This document shows, piece after piece, positions 60,097 through 64,000 of a stretch of DNA of 64,000 nucleotides (positions are counted from its first letter, which is position 1; each line of letters starts with the position of its first letter). A program made the translations under genes and the position numbers. The DNA lies in assembly GCA_031278655.1 (NCBI GenBank), contig JAITJZ010000044.1, positions 3,408 to 67,407 of the forward strand, read 5' to 3'. This stretch comes from Bifidobacteriaceae bacterium (lineage in GTDB: Bacteria > Actinomycetota > Actinomycetes > Actinomycetales > WQXJ01). A model generated the notes under the pieces. That model did no database searches, was not told the DNA's origin, and worked only from the letters and a program-made list of their open reading frames with translations.

Positions 60097-61371
60097 ATGT
60101 CTGTGACCATCGGCGCCCCGCTGACCGCCACCGCCACCCGTGTCATGCTGCTCGGCTCGGGCGAACTCGGCAAGGAGGTGGCGATCGAGCTGCAGCGCCT
60201 CGGGGTCGAGGTCGTCGCCGTCGACCGCTACGCCGGCGCCCCGGCTCATCAGGTGGCGCACCGAGCCCATGTCATCGACATGCTGGACGGCTCGGCGCTG
60301 CGCGCCCTGATCGCGTCCGAGCGCCCGGACGTGGTGGTCCCAGAGATCGAGGCCATCTCGACCCCGACCCTTCAGGAGCTGGAGGCCGAGGGCGGCCTCA
60401 GGGTGGTGCCAACGGCGCTGGCCGCCCGCCTGACCATGGACCGCGAGGGCATCCGCCGCCTCGCGGCCGAGGAACTCGGCCTGCCGACCTCGCCCTACCG
60501 CTTCGAGGACACCTTCGCCGGCTTCAGCCGCGCCGTCCGCGCGATCGGCCTGCCCTGCGTCGTCAAGCCGGTGATGTCGTCATCCGGCAAGGGGCAGTCG
60601 GTGGTCCGCTCCGCCGATGACGTCGCCCCGGCCTGGGAGCACGCCCAAACGGGCGGGCGCGGGTCCGGCCGGGCGGCCCGCGCGGAGACGCGCCCCGGCG
60701 CCGGCGGCGACGCGGGCGCGGGCGGCGACGCGGGCGCGGGCGGCGACGCGCCCGGGGAGCGGGTGATCGTCGAGGGCTTCGTCGATTTCGACTATGAGAT
60801 CACCATGTTGACCGTCCGCCACGTCGGCGGCGTCACCATCTGCGAGCCCGTCGGCCACGTCCAGGTGGACGGCGATTACCGGGAGTCATGGCAGCCGCAG
60901 CCGATGGCGCCCGCGGCGCTGGCGCGGGCGCGGGCCATGGCCGCGGACATCACCGCCGCCCTGGGCGGCTGGGGGATCTTCGGGGTGGAGCTGTTCGTCA
61001 AGGGCGAGGAGGTCATCTTCTCCGAGGTCTCCCCGCGCCCGCATGACACCGGCCTGGTGACGCTGGCATCCCAGGACCTGTCCGAATTCGCGCTCCACGC
61101 GCGGGCGCTGCTGGGCCTGCCCGTCCCAGAGATCCTGCAGCTCGGCCCGTCGGCCTCCTGCGCGGTTGTGGCCAGCGGCCAGGGAGTGCCGGTGTTCGAG
61201 GACGTGGACCGGGCCCTGGCCGAGCCGACCGTCCAACTGCGCCTTTTCGGCAAGCCGGAGGTCCTGGGCCACCGCCGCGTGGCGGTGGCCGCCGCGCGCG
61301 CTGAGACCATAGCCGCCGCCCGCGCCCGCGCCCGGCGCGCCGCCGAGGCCCTCACGGTCCGCCTGGTCTGA
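60097..61371 (+). CDS. purT: Formate-dependent phosphoribosylglycinamide formyltransferase (GAR transformylase 2)
   Basis: C-terminal 424 aa of ORF 58285..61371, starting at ATG 60097 ([28 protein letters not shown]). ATP-grasp motifs: [31 protein letters not shown] and SPRPHDTG. Confidence 0.92.
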   Translation: MSVTIGAPLTATATRVMLLGSGELGKEVAIELQRLGVEVVAVDRYAGAPAHQVAHRAHVIDMLDGSALRALIASERPDVVVPEIEAISTPTLQELEAEGGLRVVPTALAARLTMDREGIRRLAAEELGLPTSPYRFEDTFAGFSRAVRAIGLPCVVKPVMSSSGKGQSVVRSADDVAPAWEHAQTGGRGSGRAARAETRPGAGGDAGAGGDAGAGGDAPGERVIVEGFVDFDYEITMLTVRHVGGVTICEPVGHVQVDGDYRESWQPQPMAPAALARARAMAADITAALGGWGIFGVELFVKGEEVIFSEVSPRPHDTGLVTLASQDLSEFALHARALLGLPVPEILQLGPSASCAVVASGQGVPVFEDVDRALAEPTVQLRLFGKPEVLGHRRVAVAAARAETIAAARARARRAAEALTVRLV

Positions 61372-61414
61372 CCCCGCCCCCGGCGCCGGCCCGCTCACCG
61401 CGGCCGGGCCGCAG

Positions 61415-62067
61415 TTATTCGGCGCGCTCCTCGGGGAGGGCGTCCCAGCCGCCGGGCCGGCGGCGGGCCTCGGCAGCGGCCAGCAGCCCAACCACGGCCG
61501 TTGGCGAGCGCACGGCGCCCGCCATGACCAGCCCCACGGCATCGTCCAAAGGAATCCAAGCCGGGACCATGTCGACCTCCTCGTCCTGGCGCTGGAAACG
61601 CTGATCGGCGGGGACCTCGGTCAGGTCGCGGGCCAGAAAAATGTGGATCACCTCGCTGGTGCCGCCGGGGGTGGTGTTGAAGGTCAGCAGGCGCCGCCAA
61701 TCGGCTGCCCGCAAATCTGCCTCCTCGCCCAGCTCGCGCTGGGCGGTCCGCACCGGCGGCTCCCCGGGCACGTCGAGCAGCCCCGCGGGCGGCTCCCACA
61801 GCAGCGCCTTGACCGGGTGGCGGTATTGGCGCTGAAGCAGCGCCCGGCCGCGGGCGTCGACGGCGATGACGGCCACCGCGCCCGATGGGCCAGGTACTCC
61901 CGGCGGATCGAGACGCCGCCCGGCAAGGTCACCTGATCGGCCACGACATCCCAGACCCGGCCCTGGAAGGCCACCTCCGAGCTGGTCACCGGGTAGGCGA
62001 CCGGCTGGTCGCGGACGCTGGCGGCTGGGCCGCCCGCCGCCTCCCCAGCCGCGCCCGCTCCGGTCAC
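61415..62067 (-). pseudogene. NUDIX hydrolase (ADP-ribose pyrophosphatase-like) split by a 1-nt frameshift
   Basis: The N-terminal part (GTG 62067, overlapping the pyrG stop as GTGA) reads ...FQGRVWDVVADQVTLPGGVSIRREYLAH, then goes out of frame. The C-terminal part, in another frame, reads (G)AVAVIAVDARG...WEPPAGLLDVPGEPPVRTAQRELGEEADL (Nudix box). Confidence 0.75.
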
Positions 62068-63746
62068 GGTTCGACCTCGAGCAACCGCGACTCAGCCTGG
62101 CGCGCCAGGCCGGCCCCGATCAGGCCCACGAACAGCGGATGCGCGCGGGTCGGGCGCGACTTGAACTCCGGGTGCGCCTGGGTGGCGACGTAATAGGGGT
62201 GGATCTCGCGGTCCAACTCCACGAACTCGACCAGCGAGCGGTCCGGGGACAGGCCCACCACGCGCAGCCCGGCCGCCTCCAGGCGCTCGCGGTAGGCGTT
62301 GTTGACCTCATAGCGGTGGCGGTGGCGCTCAGACACCTTCAGCTTGCCGTAGACCCTGGCGACCTGGGATTCGGGCTCCAACTCGGCCTCATAGGCGCCC
62401 AGGCGCATGGTGCCGCCCAGATCGCCCTCGCCGGAGACGATGTGGCGCTGCTCGGCCATGGTGGCGACCACCGGGTCGGGGGTGGCCGGGTCGAACTCGG
62501 TCGACGAGGCCTCGGCCAACCCCAGCACGTTGCGGGCGAACTCGATCACCATGCACTGCAAGCCGAGGCACAGCCCCAGCGCCGGGATGGCGTTCTCGCG
62601 GGCGAAACGCAGCGCCCCCAGCTTCCCCTCGATCCCGCGAATGCCGAAACCCCCGGGCACAACCACGGCGTCGACATCGGACAACTGCTGACGGGCGCCG
62701 GACGGCGTCTCACAGGTGTCGGACGCGACCCAGCGGATGTCGACCCGCGCGTTGTGGTGGAACCCTCCGGCCCGCAGCGCCTCGCAAACCGAGAGGTAGG
62801 CGTCAGGCAGGTCGATGTACTTGCCGACCAGCGCCACCGTCAGGGCGTGGGCGGGCCGGTGGACGCGCTCCAGCAGCTGCCCCCAACCGGTCCAATCGAC
62901 GTCCCGGAAGGGCAGGCCGAGGCGCTGGATGACGTAGGCGTCCAGGCCGCCGGCGTGCAGCACCTTCGGAATGTCGTAGATCGAGGGCGCGTCCGCGCAG
63001 GTCACCACCGCTTGACGGTCGACGTCGCACATCAGCGCGATCTTGTTGCGGATCGATTCGGGCAGTTCGCGGTCCGCCCGGCAGACGATCGCGTCCGGCT
63101 GGATGCCGATGTTCCTCAGGGCCGCCACCGAGTGCTGCGTCGGCTTGGTCTTGAGTTCCTTCGACGGGCCGATGAACGGCACCAGCGAGACATGGCAGAA
63201 GAAGCAGTTGTCGCGCCCGACCTCCTGGCGGACCTGGCGCGCCGCCTCGATGAACGGCAGCGACTCGATGTCGCCCACGGTGCCGCCGATCTCCGTGATG
63301 ATGACGTCGACTTGGTCCGACTCCTGCGCCCGCATGCGGGCTTTGATCTCGTCGGTGATGTGCGGGATGACCTGCACCGTGTCCCCCAGGTACTCGCCGC
63401 GCCGCTCGCGCGCGATCACCTTGGAGTAGACCTGGCCGGTGGTGACGTTGGCGGCGGCGCTCAGCGGCACGTCCAGGAAACGCTCATAATGCCCGATGTC
63501 GAGGTCCGTCTCGGCGCCGTCGTCGGTGACGAAGACCTCGCCGTGTTGGAACGGGTTCATTGTGCCCGGGTCGACGTTTAGATAGGGGTCCAGTTTTTGC
63601 ATTGTCACTCTCAGGCCCCGCGACCTGAGCAGTTGCCCCAGCGACGAGGCCGTCAGGCCCTTGCCCAACGAGGACGCGACCCCGCCGGTGACGAAGATGT
63701 GTTGGACGGTTTGGTGGGACTCGCCGTGGAGGCTCGCGCGTTGCAT
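62064..63746 (-). CDS. pyrG: CTP synthase
   Basis: About 560 aa. [14 protein letters not shown], the glutamine amidotransferase Cys context GLCLGLQCM, and HRHRYEVN. Confidence 0.96.
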   Translation of the reverse strand: MQRASLHGESHQTVQHIFVTGGVASSLGKGLTASSLGQLLRSRGLRVTMQKLDPYLNVDPGTMNPFQHGEVFVTDDGAETDLDIGHYERFLDVPLSAAANVTTGQVYSKVIARERRGEYLGDTVQVIPHITDEIKARMRAQESDQVDVIITEIGGTVGDIESLPFIEAARQVRQEVGRDNCFFCHVSLVPFIGPSKELKTKPTQHSVAALRNIGIQPDAIVCRADRELPESIRNKIALMCDVDRQAVVTCADAPSIYDIPKVLHAGGLDAYVIQRLGLPFRDVDWTGWGQLLERVHRPAHALTVALVGKYIDLPDAYLSVCEALRAGGFHHNARVDIRWVASDTCETPSGARQQLSDVDAVVVPGGFGIRGIEGKLGALRFARENAIPALGLCLGLQCMVIEFARNVLGLAEASSTEFDPATPDPVVATMAEQRHIVSGEGDLGGTMRLGAYEAELEPESQVARVYGKLKVSERHRHRYEVNNAYRERLEAAGLRVVGLSPDRSLVEFVELDREIHPYYVATQAHPEFKSRPTRAHPLFVGLIGAGLARQAESRLLEVEP

Positions 63747-63755
63747 CACGGGCTT

Positions 63756-64000
63756 CTAGCCTACCGGTCGGCGACCCGCCACCGGTGTAGCGACGCGGCT
63801 GCGTTCCGCTGTCAGCGTCACATTTTCCAAACCCGCCCGCCGCCGGGCCGAGGCTGGCGGCATCGGCCTGGCCGTTCCCGGCCGGACAGGCTATGGGGCC
63901 GCGGCCAGGCGCCAGCCGACGGCGCGGGAGCGTTCGTTCCAGTAGCGGGCGTAGGCGCCGCCCGCGGCCAGCAGTTCGGCATGGCTGCCGCGCTCGGCCA
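63756..64000 (-). CDS. 3' end of a gene continuing beyond the window (ABC-transporter-ATPase-like C-terminus)
   Basis: My manual translation of the minus strand gives ...AERGSHAELLAAGGAYARYWNERSRAVGW... with the stop at 63756-63758. It is not in the ORF track because the start lies outside the window. The last ~55 aa look low-complexity. Confidence 0.35.

Overview
This is a very GC-rich, gene-dense chromosomal segment. Gene content and synteny look like a high-GC actinobacterium of the Actinomycetales type. That call is by eye from protein motifs only, with no database search.

Most of the window is core housekeeping:
- a maltose/maltodextrin-type ABC importer (binding protein plus two permeases), polA, an ANTAR response regulator and one tRNA
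- the principal sigma factor, then mnmA with a cysteine desulfurase
- an alpha-glucan/GlgE-pathway cluster (glgX, glgP, glgE, glgB)
- a translationally coupled operon: DUF4193, dut, DUF3710, OB-fold protein, DUF3159 and two alpha/beta hydrolases
- sepH, fused msrAB, an alcohol dehydrogenase, map, a nitroreductase and hisG-hisE
- the operon trmI-rpe-ribD-ribE-ribBA-ribH, then purT, a NUDIX gene and pyrG

The less ordinary content is:
1. A REP-like palindrome family bracketing a RAYT-type Y1 transposase just after glgB, with possible HicA-like debris beside it.
2. A three-gene envelope locus: two closely related polytopic membrane paralogs flank a GT-C/GT39-like gene, next to a large amidase/FG-GAP protein.
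3. Two tandem paralogous long coiled-coil proteins, the first with a DivIVA-type N-terminus. A twin 64-bp hairpin repeat precedes them.
4. A small variable islet (about 47.0-50.4 kb) with a 5 x 23-bp tandem repeat, a DUF4143-type ATPase, and a decayed MNT/HEPN (MntA/HepT-like) pair.
5. A frameshifted NUDIX gene.
6. A tRNA with anticodon CAA but a class-I-length variable region.
7. Many in-frame Gly/Ala/Pro-rich tandem repeats inside housekeeping enzymes.

I saw no CRISPR array, rRNA or prophage. The many long antisense and overlapping ORFs in the track are GC-content artefacts.
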